Origin: Octopus vulgaris | Taxonomy: Eukaryota | NCBI GenBank assembly: GCA_951406725.2 | Contig: OX597822.1 | Coordinates: 77,500,001 to 77,564,000 of the forward strand | DNA length: 64,000 bases | Direction of reading: 5' to 3' | Shown here: piece after piece, positions 63,802-64,000 of the stretch | Numbering within the stretch: position 1 is the stretch's first letter | How the letters are laid out: each line of letters opens with the position of its first letter | The notes under the pieces: generated by a model | Seen by the model: only the letters and a program-made list of their open reading frames with translations | What the model was told of the DNA's origin: nothing | The model's database searches: none | Made by a program: the position numbers and the translations under genes

Positions 63802-64000
63802 TTGTATGTCTGTGTTTTTTCCCCCACAACATCGCTTGACATCCGATGCTGGTGTGTGTACATCCCCGTAATTCAGCGGCTCAGCAAAAAAAGAAAAAAC
63901 AGAATCAGTAATAGGCTTACAAAGAATACGTCCTGGGGTTGATTTTTTTGACTAAAAGGTGGTGCTCCAGCATGGCTGCAGTCAAATGACTGAAACAAGT
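63602..64000 (+). mobile_element. SINE family A
   Basis: Head to tail, running to the window end. Confidence 0.9.

Overview
AT-rich, extremely repeat-dense eukaryotic DNA. The microsatellite load and SINE repertoire are typical of an octopus genome (inference). No intact protein-coding gene is recognisable: almost all ORF-track entries are translations of (TA)n, (CA)n, (CAT)n and (CAC)n microsatellites or of SINEs. Two phase-compatible candidate 3' exons lie on the minus strand (6684-6760, 3704-3782; low confidence). The window holds many copies of several tRNA-derived SINE families, decayed LINE fragments (CR1-like, RTE-like, Tx1-like), a mariner transposase pseudogene, hAT, piggyBac-type, Tc1 and Helitron-type non-autonomous elements, a 35-bp minisatellite and a U6 fragment. 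The main unexplained signal is a set of Penelope-like (PLE) elements carrying minimal hammerhead ribozyme motifs. One is a ~270-bp unit combining a tRNA-like Pol III head, an (AAT/AAC)n linker and a hammerhead. It is inserted twice, each time with an inverted Penelope-style architecture and a 13-bp target-site duplication, and is a candidate Penelope-mobilised, ribozyme-bearing SINE. All alignments and folds were done by eye; element boundaries are approximate unless TSDs or TIRs are quoted.
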